Part shown: piece after piece, positions 50,178-58,512 of the stretch | Position numbering within the stretch: position 1 is the first letter of the stretch | Layout of the letters: every line of letters starts with the position of its first letter | From: Acidimicrobiales bacterium | Lineage (GTDB): Bacteria; Actinomycetota; Acidimicrobiia; Acidimicrobiales; JAUJNH01 | Assembly (NCBI GenBank): GCA_038255915.1 | Contig: JBBSKY010000003.1 | Span: 10,577 to 74,576, forward strand | Length of the DNA stretch: 64,000 bases | Direction: 5' to 3' | The notes under the pieces: model-generated | What the model was told of the DNA's origin: nothing | What the model saw: only the letters and a program-made list of their open reading frames with translations | The model's database searches: none | Translations under genes and position numbers: made by a program

Positions 50178-51323
50178 CTAGGCGGGTACCTCTGGAACGG
50201 GCGCCACCGCATCCGGGAGCACGAACTCATAGCCGTCGGCTCGTAGCCGGTCGATCACCTCGGGCAGGGCGGCCAGGGTGGCGCTGCGGTCCCCTCCCCC
50301 GTCGTGCATCAGCACCACACCGCCCGGCTTCACCTGGCCCAGCACCGAGCCGACGATGGCCTCGGGCGGGGGCTTGGTGAAGTCCTTGGTGTCCACGGTC
50401 CACATCAGCACCTGCTGGCCCTGGGCCTTGGCCGTGGCGATCACCTTCGGCCCTAGCTTGCCTCCCGGGGGGCGGAAGTAGGCCGGCTTGATCCCGAGGC
50501 GGTCCTGCAGGTGGGTGTTGGCGCCGATGATCTCCTCGTCGACGGCCTGCTGCGACTTGCCGGGGAGCGACTGGTCATGGTCGACGGTGTGGTTGCAGAG
50601 GCGGTGGCCTTCGGCCAGGGCGGCCTTGGCCAGGTCCAGACCGGCGCCCTTCAGCTGCCGGGTGACCACGCAGAAGGTGGCCTTCACGTCCTTCTCCCGA
50701 AGGATGCGGAGGAACTCCGACGTCCCGGCCCACGGCCCGTCGTCGAAGGTCAGCGCCACCATCTTCTCGGTGACGGGGGTGGGCGGCAGCGGGGCCACCA
50801 GCTGGTCGAGGCTGACGACCTCGTCGCTCACCGCACCCGTACGGCTCAGCGCCCGCCCGGGCCGGCCCGGGTGCCACAGGCCCTTGACGACGTCGGGCAT
50901 GGGCGGGGCCGGGACGTCGATCTCGGCTTCGACCACTCCCTCGGTCTGGTCCGGCGGCTCGACCACCTCGATGGTGACGCCGGCCAGCAGGGGCGCGTCG
51001 AGCCCGACCAGCAGCCCGTTGACCGTCAGCGTCACCGGCCGGAGGGCGGGGTCCAGCACCTTGGCGGTGCCGATCGACAGCAGCCGGCCGGGGCGGGGCG
51101 CCACCTCGACCTCCTCCAGGGCGTCGGCAACCGTCGCCGCCGTGGCCACCTTGGCGATGTGAGGCGTGCCGCCCGCCACGACGATCACGCTGATCCTTTC
51201 GGTCCGCCCGGCAACCCGAAGAAGGGCAGCCCCCGACGCCGCCGTGACCGCGAGCGCCGCCACCAGCACCAGGAGCACCGCGCCGGGTCGTCGCCGAAGG
51301 TGGCGGGCGACGGCGAGGCCCAT
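50178..51323 (-). CDS. Membrane-anchored polysaccharide deacetylase (NodB homology domain)
   Basis: N-terminal TM. VALTFDDGP, ATFCVV, LCNHTVDH, YFRPPGG. Its start overlaps the pth stop. Confidence 0.85.
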   Translation of the reverse strand: MGLAVARHLRRRPGAVLLVLVAALAVTAASGAALLRVAGRTERISVIVVAGGTPHIAKVATAATVADALEEVEVAPRPGRLLSIGTAKVLDPALRPVTLTVNGLLVGLDAPLLAGVTIEVVEPPDQTEGVVEAEIDVPAPPMPDVVKGLWHPGRPGRALSRTGAVSDEVVSLDQLVAPLPPTPVTEKMVALTFDDGPWAGTSEFLRILREKDVKATFCVVTRQLKGAGLDLAKAALAEGHRLCNHTVDHDQSLPGKSQQAVDEEIIGANTHLQDRLGIKPAYFRPPGGKLGPKVIATAKAQGQQVLMWTVDTKDFTKPPPEAIVGSVLGQVKPGGVVLMHDGGGDRSATLAALPEVIDRLRADGYEFVLPDAVAPVPEVPA

Positions 51324-51898
51324 CAGGTCGTCCCGTTGGTGCGGGCCATGGCCACATCGACGCCCTCGGCCAGGATGAGCTCGACGGCGTCGGCGGCCTG
51401 CTCGACGGCGATGTCGAGCTCGGTCCGCTCGGTCTTGCCGGGGCGGCTCAGCACGTAGTCGGCCCCGTTCAGGCGCCCCGGCGGTCGGCCAATCCCGATC
51501 CGCACCCGCATGAAGCCATCGTCGCGCAGATGGGCCTTCAGGCTCTTGAGGCCGTTGTGGCCGGCCAGGCCGCCACCCACCTTCACCTTCACCTTCCCGG
51601 TCGGCAGGTCCAGCTCGTCGTGGACGACCACCAGCCGCTCGACCCCCACGTCGTGGCGGCGGACGAGGGCCTGGGCCGACTGGCCCGACTCGTTCATCCA
51701 GGTCTGGGGGAAGGCCACGGCCAGGCGCCGGCCCCCGAGGCGGATCTCGGCCACCAGGGCCAGCTCCCTGCCCCGCTTGAGCCGCTCGCCGCCGCGGGCC
51801 GCCAGGAGGGCGACGACCTCGGCGCCCACGTTGTGGCGGGTGCCCTCGTACTCAGCCCCAGGGTTGCCGAGGCCGACCGCCAGCAGGTCGGCGGCCAG
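51323..51898 (-). CDS. pth: Peptidyl-tRNA hydrolase (start must be non-canonical, probably CTG)
   Basis: The track ORF starts at GTG 51829. The in-frame upstream sequence encodes LAADLLAVGLGNPGAEYEGTRHNVGAEVV, the conserved Pth N-terminus with the catalytic His. The only in-frame candidates are CTG at 51898, 51886 and 51883. The exact start is uncertain. Confidence 0.85.
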   Translation of the reverse strand: MAADLLAVGLGNPGAEYEGTRHNVGAEVVALLAARGGERLKRGRELALVAEIRLGGRRLAVAFPQTWMNESGQSAQALVRRHDVGVERLVVVHDELDLPTGKVKVKVGGGLAGHNGLKSLKAHLRDDGFMRVRIGIGRPPGRLNGADYVLSRPGKTERTELDIAVEQAADAVELILAEGVDVAMARTNGTT

Positions 51899-51903
51899 CG
51901 GGC

Positions 51904-52572
51904 TTAGGCCCCTTCGCCCTCGGCGGCACCCTCGGCGGCTTCGCCCTCGGCACCGGCCTCGCCCTCGCCCGCCTCGGCCGCCGCCTCGGCGGCCTCCTCG
52001 TCGATGGCCTCGAGCTCGGCGGTGGCGTCGGCGACCAGGACCCGCACGACGACCTCGTCGGGGTCCACGTCGGTGGTGACGCCCTCGGGCAGCGCCAGGT
52101 CCTTGACCAGCACCTGGCTGCCCAGCTTGAGCGCCGACTGGTCGACCTCGATGGAGGCGGGGATGGCCTCGGGCTTGGCGTTGATGGTGAGGTAGGACAC
52201 GACCACGTCGACCATGGCCGAGCCGCCCAGGTCGGCCTCACCGATCAGGTTGATCGGCACGTCGGCGCTGACCGAGACGTTGCGGTCGACGACCAGGAAG
52301 TCGACGTGGGAGACGGTGCCGCGGGTGACGTGGCGCTGGATGTCCCGGGCCATGGCCACGTGCTCGGTGCCATCGACGTCGAGGGTGAGCACGGCGTTCG
52401 TGCCGTGGTCGCCCCGCAGGGCGGCCCGCAGCTCGCGGGCGTCGACGGCCAGCGGCGTCGGGGTGACGCCCAGCCCGTACAGCACGCCGGGGATCTTCCC
52501 GGTGGCCCGCAACCGCCGGGTTGAGCGGGACCCAAGGGTCCGGCCGGTCTCGGTGACGAGGCGGGACGACAT
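51904..52572 (-). CDS. rplY: 50S ribosomal protein L25/Ctc
   Basis: ATG at 52572. RRLRATGKIPGVLYG, HGTNAVLTLDVDG, VSHVDFL, and an acidic Ala/Glu/Gly tail. Confidence 0.9.
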   Translation of the reverse strand: MSSRLVTETGRTLGSRSTRRLRATGKIPGVLYGLGVTPTPLAVDARELRAALRGDHGTNAVLTLDVDGTEHVAMARDIQRHVTRGTVSHVDFLVVDRNVSVSADVPINLIGEADLGGSAMVDVVVSYLTINAKPEAIPASIEVDQSALKLGSQVLVKDLALPEGVTTDVDPDEVVVRVLVADATAELEAIDEEAAEAAAEAGEGEAGAEGEAAEGAAEGEGA

Positions 52573-52815
52573 GGCGGAGCAGCTCCTGGGGGGACGGTTG
52601 AGCGCGCCGCAACGGCGCAGAGGACCCGCCGACGCTACCACCAGTCCTCCGGACCGGCATCACCCGCGCCCTGGCTCCACGGCCCGTCACACCGCAGCTC
52701 AAATCCTGCGAGCCACGGCCAAGCGGCGACGGAGGAGCTGCGCTTGGTCGAACAGAAGGCAGCCGGCCGAAGGCCGTCCAGGCCCTGCCCGCCGCAGGCC
52801 AGCGCCGAGCGCAGC

Positions 52816-53811
52816 TCAGCTCTGGTTGTTGCCGCCGAAGATCTCGCTGACCGAGCGGTCCTCGAACACCGCGTCGATGGCCGCCGCCAGCAGCGGGGCG
52901 ATCGACACCACCTCAAGGGTCTCGAGCTGCTTCTCGCTCGGGATCGGCAGGGTGTCGGTGACCACCAGCCGCGAGATCTGGGAGTTCTTCAGGCGGTCGA
53001 CCGCCGGCCCGGACAGCACGCCGTGGGTGGCCATGGCCCACACCTCGGTGGCACCGCTGGCTAGCAGCACGTCGGCGGCGGCGCAGATGGTGGCGGCGGT
53101 GTCGATCATGTCGTCGATCACCACGCACAGCTTGCCGGCCACCGCCTCCTCGCCCATCACGCCGCGGGCCTCGACCGACCCGAGGACGTCCTTGCTGCGG
53201 CGCTTGTAGACCGCGGCCATGTCGACGCCGACCCGCTTGGCCGCCTGCTCGGCCACCTTGGTGCGGCCGGTGTCGGGGGCCACGATCACGAAGTCGCCCT
53301 TGGCGTTGGCGCTGAGGTGGTCGAGCAGCACGGTGGAGGCGGTGAGGTGGTCGACCGGGCCGTCGAAGAAGCCCTGGATCTGGCTGGAGTGCAGATCGAC
53401 CGACATGAGCCGGTCGGCACCGGCCGCGGTGAACAGGTCGGCCACCAGCTTGGCCGTGATCGGCTCCCGGCCCTTGGACTTGCGGTCCTGGCGGGCGTAG
53501 CCGTAGTAGGGCATGACCGCGGTGATCCGCTTGGCCGAGGCCCGCTTCGCCGCGTCGATCATGATCAGCTGCTCCATGATCGCGTCATTGACCGACTGGT
53601 CCGGCGCATCGGCGTGGGTCTGCAGGATGAAGACGTCAGCGCCCCGCACGTTCTCCCCCAGGCGGCAGCGCAGCTCGCCGCTCTGGAAGTCGACCAGGTT
53701 GGCCTCGCCGAGCTCAATGCCGAGGTCCTCCACGACCCGCTGGGCCAGCGGCAGGTGGGCTCGGCCCGAGTAGACCTGCAGCGTCCGCTTGGGGGTGATC
53801 TCCATCGGCAC
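52816..53811 (-). CDS. prs: Ribose-phosphate pyrophosphokinase
   Basis: 331 aa. VFILQTH, YYGYARQDRK, DLHS.QIQGFF, and VVIDDMIDTAATI. Confidence 0.95.
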   Translation of the reverse strand: MPMEITPKRTLQVYSGRAHLPLAQRVVEDLGIELGEANLVDFQSGELRCRLGENVRGADVFILQTHADAPDQSVNDAIMEQLIMIDAAKRASAKRITAVMPYYGYARQDRKSKGREPITAKLVADLFTAAGADRLMSVDLHSSQIQGFFDGPVDHLTASTVLLDHLSANAKGDFVIVAPDTGRTKVAEQAAKRVGVDMAAVYKRRSKDVLGSVEARGVMGEEAVAGKLCVVIDDMIDTAATICAAADVLLASGATEVWAMATHGVLSGPAVDRLKNSQISRLVVTDTLPIPSEKQLETLEVVSIAPLLAAAIDAVFEDRSVSEIFGGNNQS

Positions 53812-53829
53812 GGGCGGGCTCCCGGGGGG

Positions 53830-54936
53830 TCAGGTGTCGGGGGTGACGACCAAGTGTGACCCGGTGGTCGCATCAACCGCCACCGCGCTGCCGGGCTGCA
53901 GCACCACGAAGGGCCCGACCGTGGCCCCCGCCCCCACCGTGGCTTGGCGACCGACGACGTGGTCGACCAGGGCCCCCGGGCCGACGATGCAGTCGACCAG
54001 CCGGGTGTCGGGTCCGATCTCGGCTCCGGCCTCGATGCGCGTCCGCCCCTGCAGGATGGTGCCGGGGTACAGGCAGACGTCGGGGGCCAGCTCCACAGTG
54101 GTCTCGAGGTAGGTGCGGGCCGGGTCGATCATCGTGACGCCACGCCGCATCCAGCGGGCGTTGATCCGGGCCCGCAGCTCGGCCTCGGCCACGGCCAGCT
54201 GCACCCGGTCGTTGACGCCGGCGCCCTCCATCGGGTCGTCCATCACCACCGTCCCCACCTTGTAGCCGGCCCGGGCCAGCACCTCGACGGTGTCGGTCAG
54301 GTAGTACTCGCCCTGGGCGTTCACCGGGTTGAGCCGACGCAGCGTGGGGGCCACCAGACCCCGACGGAAGACGTAGATGCCGACGTTCACCTCGTCGATC
54401 AGCGCCTCCTCCTCGGTGGCGTCACGCTGCTCAACGATGCGGGCCACGCCTCCGCTGCGGCCGCGGACCACCCGCCCGTAGCCGGTGGGATCGGGCAGGC
54501 GGGCGGTGAGGACGGTGGCCGAGCTGCCCTCGGCCCGATGGCGCTTGACCAGGGCGGCCAGGGTCTCGGGGCGCAGCAGGGGGGTGTCGCCCGGCAAGAC
54601 GATCAGGTCAGCCTCGTGTTCGGGTTCGGCGTCGTCGTCGGCGCCGGCGAAAGCGGTCATGGCCACGCTGAGGGCGTCACCGGTGCCGGCCTGCACCTGC
54701 TGCTCGACCAGTTCGAGGGTGAGCCCCGGCGGAGCCTGCTCGATCAGCGCCTTTGCGACCCGGTCGGCGGCGTGGCCCACGACGACCACGGCCCGGTCGA
54801 CCTCGAGCTCGGCCAGGGCGTCGAGGACGTGCAGCACCATGGGGCGCCCGCACAGGCGGTGCAGGGGCTTGGGGCGGGCCGAGCGCATCCTGGTGCCCTC
54901 GCCTGCGGCGAGCACGACGGCTGACAGGGGGTGCAT
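53830..54936 (-). CDS. glmU: GlmU-like N-acetylglucosamine-1-phosphate uridyltransferase with truncated left-handed beta-helix (acetyltransferase) domain
   Basis: ATG at 54936 (the track ORF extension runs across the tRNA). LAAGEGTRMRS..PKPLH, GTGDA, and EYYLTD. The LbH region ends at GPFVVLQPGSAVAVDATTGSHLVVTPDT*, and prs starts 18 nt later. 368 aa. Confidence 0.85.
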   Translation of the reverse strand: MHPLSAVVLAAGEGTRMRSARPKPLHRLCGRPMVLHVLDALAELEVDRAVVVVGHAADRVAKALIEQAPPGLTLELVEQQVQAGTGDALSVAMTAFAGADDDAEPEHEADLIVLPGDTPLLRPETLAALVKRHRAEGSSATVLTARLPDPTGYGRVVRGRSGGVARIVEQRDATEEEALIDEVNVGIYVFRRGLVAPTLRRLNPVNAQGEYYLTDTVEVLARAGYKVGTVVMDDPMEGAGVNDRVQLAVAEAELRARINARWMRRGVTMIDPARTYLETTVELAPDVCLYPGTILQGRTRIEAGAEIGPDTRLVDCIVGPGALVDHVVGRQATVGAGATVGPFVVLQPGSAVAVDATTGSHLVVTPDT

Positions 54937-54977
54937 GCCCCTAGGTCTACTCCCGGGGGTGGGGACCGGCGCGGGCA

Positions 54978-55052
54978 TGGCTCGGGGGCAGCGGATCGAA
55001 CGCTGATAACGAGATCCAAAATCTCGGGTCCTGCCATTTGGACGACCCCCGA
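54978..55052 (-). tRNA. tRNA-Gln (anticodon UUG)
   Basis: Manual cloverleaf on the minus strand. Acceptor is TCGGGGG/CCCCCGA (U1-A72). D-arm is GTCC-AAATGGCA-GGAC. Anticodon arm is CGAGA-TTTTGGA-TCTCG. Variable region is TTAT. T-arm is CAGCG-TTCGATC-CGCTG. Discriminator is G, and CCA is encoded. 75 nt. Confidence 0.9.
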
Positions 55053-55161
55053 AGGCGCCGGATGAGCGTACCGGCCGCCCTGTCTTCCCCGCTCTGCGGG
55101 GCCGCTCGGGCCCTGGCCACTTCGCCGCCCTTGCGCCGGGGCCACTACCCTGCTCTTCCTC

Positions 55162-55263
55162 ATGGGTTCGTTGATCAAGAAGCGCCGCAAGCGCATGCGG
55201 AAGAAGAAGCACAAGAAGATGCTGAAGAAGACGCGCTGGCAGCGTCGCGCCGCCGGCAAGTAG
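55162..55263 (+). CDS. 30S ribosomal protein bS22 (33-aa actinobacterial mini-protein)
   Basis: Own translation gives MGSLIKKRRKRMRKKKHKKMLKKTRWQRRAAGK*. This matches my memory of the conserved MGSVIKKRRKRM.KKKHRK... protein. It is below the ORF-track size cut-off. Confidence 0.85.
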   Translation: MGSLIKKRRKRMRKKKHKKMLKKTRWQRRAAGK

Positions 55264-55267
55264 CCGG

Positions 55268-55990
55268 CTAGCTCCCGAACCCTTCAGGCCTCACGACCAC
55301 GAGGCCCTCGCCCTCGAAGGCCCCCTCGACGAACCAGGTGCCGCCGCTCCCGGCCAGCACCGGCTCGACGCCGGTGGCCTCCTGCAGGCGGTCCCGCCAC
55401 CGGGCCAGCTCGGGGGCGACCACCAGCGCCGCCGGCTCCAGGTCGTTGGGGCCGTCGGCCCTCGGCCCGCCCAGCGCGTCCCACGCCCGGTAGACCGCCG
55501 GGGTGGACACCGCTACCGGCGGGGTGAGCAGCGTCCACGCCCGACCGGCCAGGGCGGCTGTGGCCAGGGGTTCGACCAACTCGCCGACGCCCCGCACCCG
55601 GGCCCGGCTCCCGACCAGGCAGAACGGCACGTCGGCCCCGAGCGACGCGGCCAGCCCCAGGTCGCCGACCCCCGCCCAGCGCAGCACGCAGGCGGCATCG
55701 GCCGAGCCGCCGCCCAGGCCGGCGCCGCTCGGGATGCGCTTGTCCAGCCGCACGTGGGCGGTCCGGCCCACGGCCCGCAGCGCCTGTGACACCAGGTTGT
55801 CGGGGCCGGCGGGAACGTCGGGGGCGGCGCCGACCAGCTCGATGCCGTCGCCGTCGCTGAAGGTCAGCAGGTCGGCCAGGTCGAGGGTCACCATCTCCGC
55901 GTCGAGCAGGTGGTAGCCGTCCCCACGCAGGCCCGTGATGCGCAGCGTCAGCGTCAGCTTGGCTGGCGCCGCGAGGGTGACGCTCCTCAC
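55268..55990 (-). CDS. ispE: 4-diphosphocytidyl-2-C-methyl-D-erythritol kinase
   Basis: GTG at 55990 overlaps the rsmA stop (GTGA). APAKLTLTLRI, RGDGYH, PSGAGLGGGSADAA, and AGSGGTWF. Confidence 0.88.
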   Translation of the reverse strand: MRSVTLAAPAKLTLTLRITGLRGDGYHLLDAEMVTLDLADLLTFSDGDGIELVGAAPDVPAGPDNLVSQALRAVGRTAHVRLDKRIPSGAGLGGGSADAACVLRWAGVGDLGLAASLGADVPFCLVGSRARVRGVGELVEPLATAALAGRAWTLLTPPVAVSTPAVYRAWDALGGPRADGPNDLEPAALVVAPELARWRDRLQEATGVEPVLAGSGGTWFVEGAFEGEGLVVVRPEGFGS

Positions 55991-56847
55991 GGGGCGAAGG
56001 AGGCCAGGCGGCCCCAGGCGTCGACGTCCAGCTCCTCGGCTCGGGCCGTCTCGGGCACGTCGGAGGCGGCGTAGGCGGCAGGGTGGACCACGCCGGCCAG
56101 GGTGCCGCGAAGCATCTTGCGGCGGTGGGCGAAGCCGGCCCGAACCACCTGGAAGAGGCGGTCGGCGCTGACCAGGGCCGGGTCGACGGAGGGGCCGCCG
56201 GGGTGGCGGACGATGCGCACCAGGACCGACTCGACGTTGGGCCTGGGCACGAACACCGAGGCCGGCACCTTGCCCACCACTCGGGCCGACCCCCAGTAGC
56301 GCACCTTCACCGAGACGGCCCCGTAGGCGGCGCTGCCGGGGCCGGCGGCCAGGCGATCGCCCACCTCCCGCTGCACCATCACCAGCAGGTCGCTGATGAC
56401 GGGCACGCCGTCGAGGAGGTCGCACACCAGCGGGGTGGCCACGTTGTACGGCAGGTTGGCCACCAGGTGCCAGGGCCCGAGCGGCCCCTCAGAGCGGGAA
56501 GCGGAGCGCCCCTCGTCGGCACCGAGGAGGGCGGCCCAGTCGAGGGTGAGGGCGTTGCCGCCGACCACCCGGACGCCTGCCGGTTCGGCCACCTCGACAA
56601 GGAGGGGCAGGAGGTGGCGGTCGACCTCGATCGCCGTCACCGCTGCCCCCGTCTCGGCCAGGGCCAGGGTGAGGCTTCCAAGGCCGGCGCCCACCTCGAC
56701 CACCCGGTCGCCGGGGCCGACCTCGGCCAGGCGGGCGATGCGCCGCACCGTGTTCGGGTCGACCACGAAGTTCTGGCCCAGGGCCCGGCTCGGCCGCAGC
56801 CCGTTGGCCTCGAGCAGCCCGAGCACCCGACCTCGGCTCAGGGTCAC
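55987..56847 (-). CDS. rsmA: 16S rRNA (adenine1518/1519-N6)-dimethyltransferase
   Basis: LGQNFVVD, VEVGAGLGSLT, VANLPYNVATP. Confidence 0.93.
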   Translation of the reverse strand: MTLSRGRVLGLLEANGLRPSRALGQNFVVDPNTVRRIARLAEVGPGDRVVEVGAGLGSLTLALAETGAAVTAIEVDRHLLPLLVEVAEPAGVRVVGGNALTLDWAALLGADEGRSASRSEGPLGPWHLVANLPYNVATPLVCDLLDGVPVISDLLVMVQREVGDRLAAGPGSAAYGAVSVKVRYWGSARVVGKVPASVFVPRPNVESVLVRIVRHPGGPSVDPALVSADRLFQVVRAGFAHRRKMLRGTLAGVVHPAAYAASDVPETARAEELDVDAWGRLASFAP

Positions 56848-56881
56848 CTGTCCATGTTGGCCGAGCTGAGCCCGGTCCCCG

Positions 56882-57679
56882 CTACAGGAGGCCGAGGGAG
56901 CGGGCGCACCCGGGCCACGGGCTCCACCCGCTCATGGCCTGCAACCGCTTCGCCACCACCAGCTGCTGCTCACGGGTGTGGTCGCTGGGCAGGCCGACCT
57001 GGCCCAGGCCGAGCCAGGTGGCCTCACTGAACTGCCAGTAGCCGTAGTAGGGAGCGCCAAGGTCGTTGGTGTTGCCCGACTCGCACTGGGCCAGGCGGTC
57101 CCACACCGCGTCGCTGCTGGAGGTCGGCGCGGGGGCCGCCAACCGGGCGGCCGGCGGACGGGTCGTCGCCGTCGTGGGCCGGGGCGGGGGGGCGGCAGTG
57201 GTGGCGGGAGCCTTCTTGGCCGTGGTCGCCGTGGGCTGGGCGCTGGGCGGGGACGAGGTCGTGGTGCGCATCGTCGCCGCTCGGGCCGTCAGCAGCCGAG
57301 GCCGAGCGGTCGTCGCCGTGCCAGCGGCAGGACGGGGGCTGCTGTTCCGCTCGGAAACCTCCGCGGCCTGCACCTCGACGCTGACGGCGCTGCTCTCGGC
57401 CTGGGCGGCGACCCCGGCCTCGACCACGATGCCGAGGAGCTCGTCGTCGTCACCCGTCGCCTCCAGCTCGAAGCCATCGGTTGACCCGGAGGCCAGCACC
57501 ACCTCCGCTCCGGGAGCACCGGGCGAACCGCCCAGGCGGGAGAGGGCCACGGGGACCAGCAGCATCGCCCCGCTCAGGGCGAGGGCGAGGACCGGCTTGC
57601 GGAGGTTGGGTGCAGGTGAACTGAGCAGGGGGCGCGCCTCTTGTCTCGGGGACAGGTCAACTGCCAGCAAGCGCGACAC
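56882..57679 (-). CDS. Resuscitation-promoting-factor (Rpf) domain protein
   Basis: The C-terminal WDRLAQCESGNTNDLGAPYYGYWQFSEATW...PWPGC is an Rpf transglycosylase-like domain. The protein has an N-terminal TM/signal and an Ala/Thr/Pro-rich linker. Its position upstream of rsmA-ispE matches mycobacterial rpfB. Confidence 0.85.
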   Translation of the reverse strand: MSRLLAVDLSPRQEARPLLSSPAPNLRKPVLALALSGAMLLVPVALSRLGGSPGAPGAEVVLASGSTDGFELEATGDDDELLGIVVEAGVAAQAESSAVSVEVQAAEVSERNSSPRPAAGTATTARPRLLTARAATMRTTTSSPPSAQPTATTAKKAPATTAAPPPRPTTATTRPPAARLAAPAPTSSSDAVWDRLAQCESGNTNDLGAPYYGYWQFSEATWLGLGQVGLPSDHTREQQLVVAKRLQAMSGWSPWPGCARSLGLL

Positions 57680-57712
57680 AAGGGCCAGGCGCTCGGGCGG
57701 TGACTGGAGAAC

Positions 57713-58504
57713 CTACCGAGACAGGGGCGAAGGGGGCAAGACGGGCGGGGGCAGCCGGAACACCCGGCGGGTGTTCGCCGCCGTCGCCTCCTCAACCAGC
57801 GCCACCGCCTCGCCCCGGGCCGCGGCCACCGCCGCGCCCACCACCGGCACCCACGCCGGAGTGTTCGAGCGCCCTCGGTGGGGCACCGGTGCCAGGTAGG
57901 GGGCGTCGGTCTCGACCAGCAGCCGGTCGACCGGGCACAGGGCGGCGGCGGCCCGGACCTCGGGCGCTCCCGGGAAGGTGACGATGCCGCTGAAGCTGAG
58001 GTGGCCGCCGATGTCGAGGGCCCGCCGGGCCTCGTCCGGCCCGCCCGTGAAGCAGTGGAAGACGGTGCGCTCGGGCACGCCCACCTCGGCCAGCACGTCG
58101 AAGGTGTCGTCCCACGCCGAGCGGGTGTGAATGACGAGAGCCAGATCGGCCTCCAGGGCCCAGCCGATCTGCTCGGCGAAGGCGGTGCGCTGGAGGTCGC
58201 GGGGCGAGTGGTCGTAGTGGTAGTCGAGCCCGCACTCGCCCACCGCCACCACCCGGGGCCGGTCGAGGAGGTCGGCGACCGTGGCTGTCCCCTCGCTGGC
58301 GTCGTGGGGGTGGAGCCCGACGGTGGCCCACACGTCGGGGTGGCGGCCGGCCACCTCGATGCCGGCCAGCGACTGGGCCCGGTCCGTGCCGACGGTGACG
58401 AACCCGCTCACGCCCTCGGCCCGGGCCTGGGCGAGCACGTCCTCCTCCACCGTAAAGCGGCCCTCGTGGTACGGCACGTGGCAGTGCGAGTCGATCCAGC
58501 CCAC
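57713..58504 (-). CDS. tatD: TatD-family metal-dependent hydrolase
   Basis: GTG at 58504. IDSHCH, GLHPHD, GECGLDYHY, VIHTR, HCFTG, and ETDAPYL. Confidence 0.9.
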   Translation of the reverse strand: MGWIDSHCHVPYHEGRFTVEEDVLAQARAEGVSGFVTVGTDRAQSLAGIEVAGRHPDVWATVGLHPHDASEGTATVADLLDRPRVVAVGECGLDYHYDHSPRDLQRTAFAEQIGWALEADLALVIHTRSAWDDTFDVLAEVGVPERTVFHCFTGGPDEARRALDIGGHLSFSGIVTFPGAPEVRAAAALCPVDRLLVETDAPYLAPVPHRGRSNTPAWVPVVGAAVAAARGEAVALVEEATAANTRRVFRLPPPVLPPSPLSR

Positions 58505-58512
58505 GGCGGGCC

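Noticed and set aside
52642-52815. 174-nt intergenic region between rplY and prs, inspected for a tRNA or riboswitch
   Set aside because: There is no T-loop/anticodon-arm arrangement and no motif I recognise. It is probably just the promoter/leader of rplY-pth.
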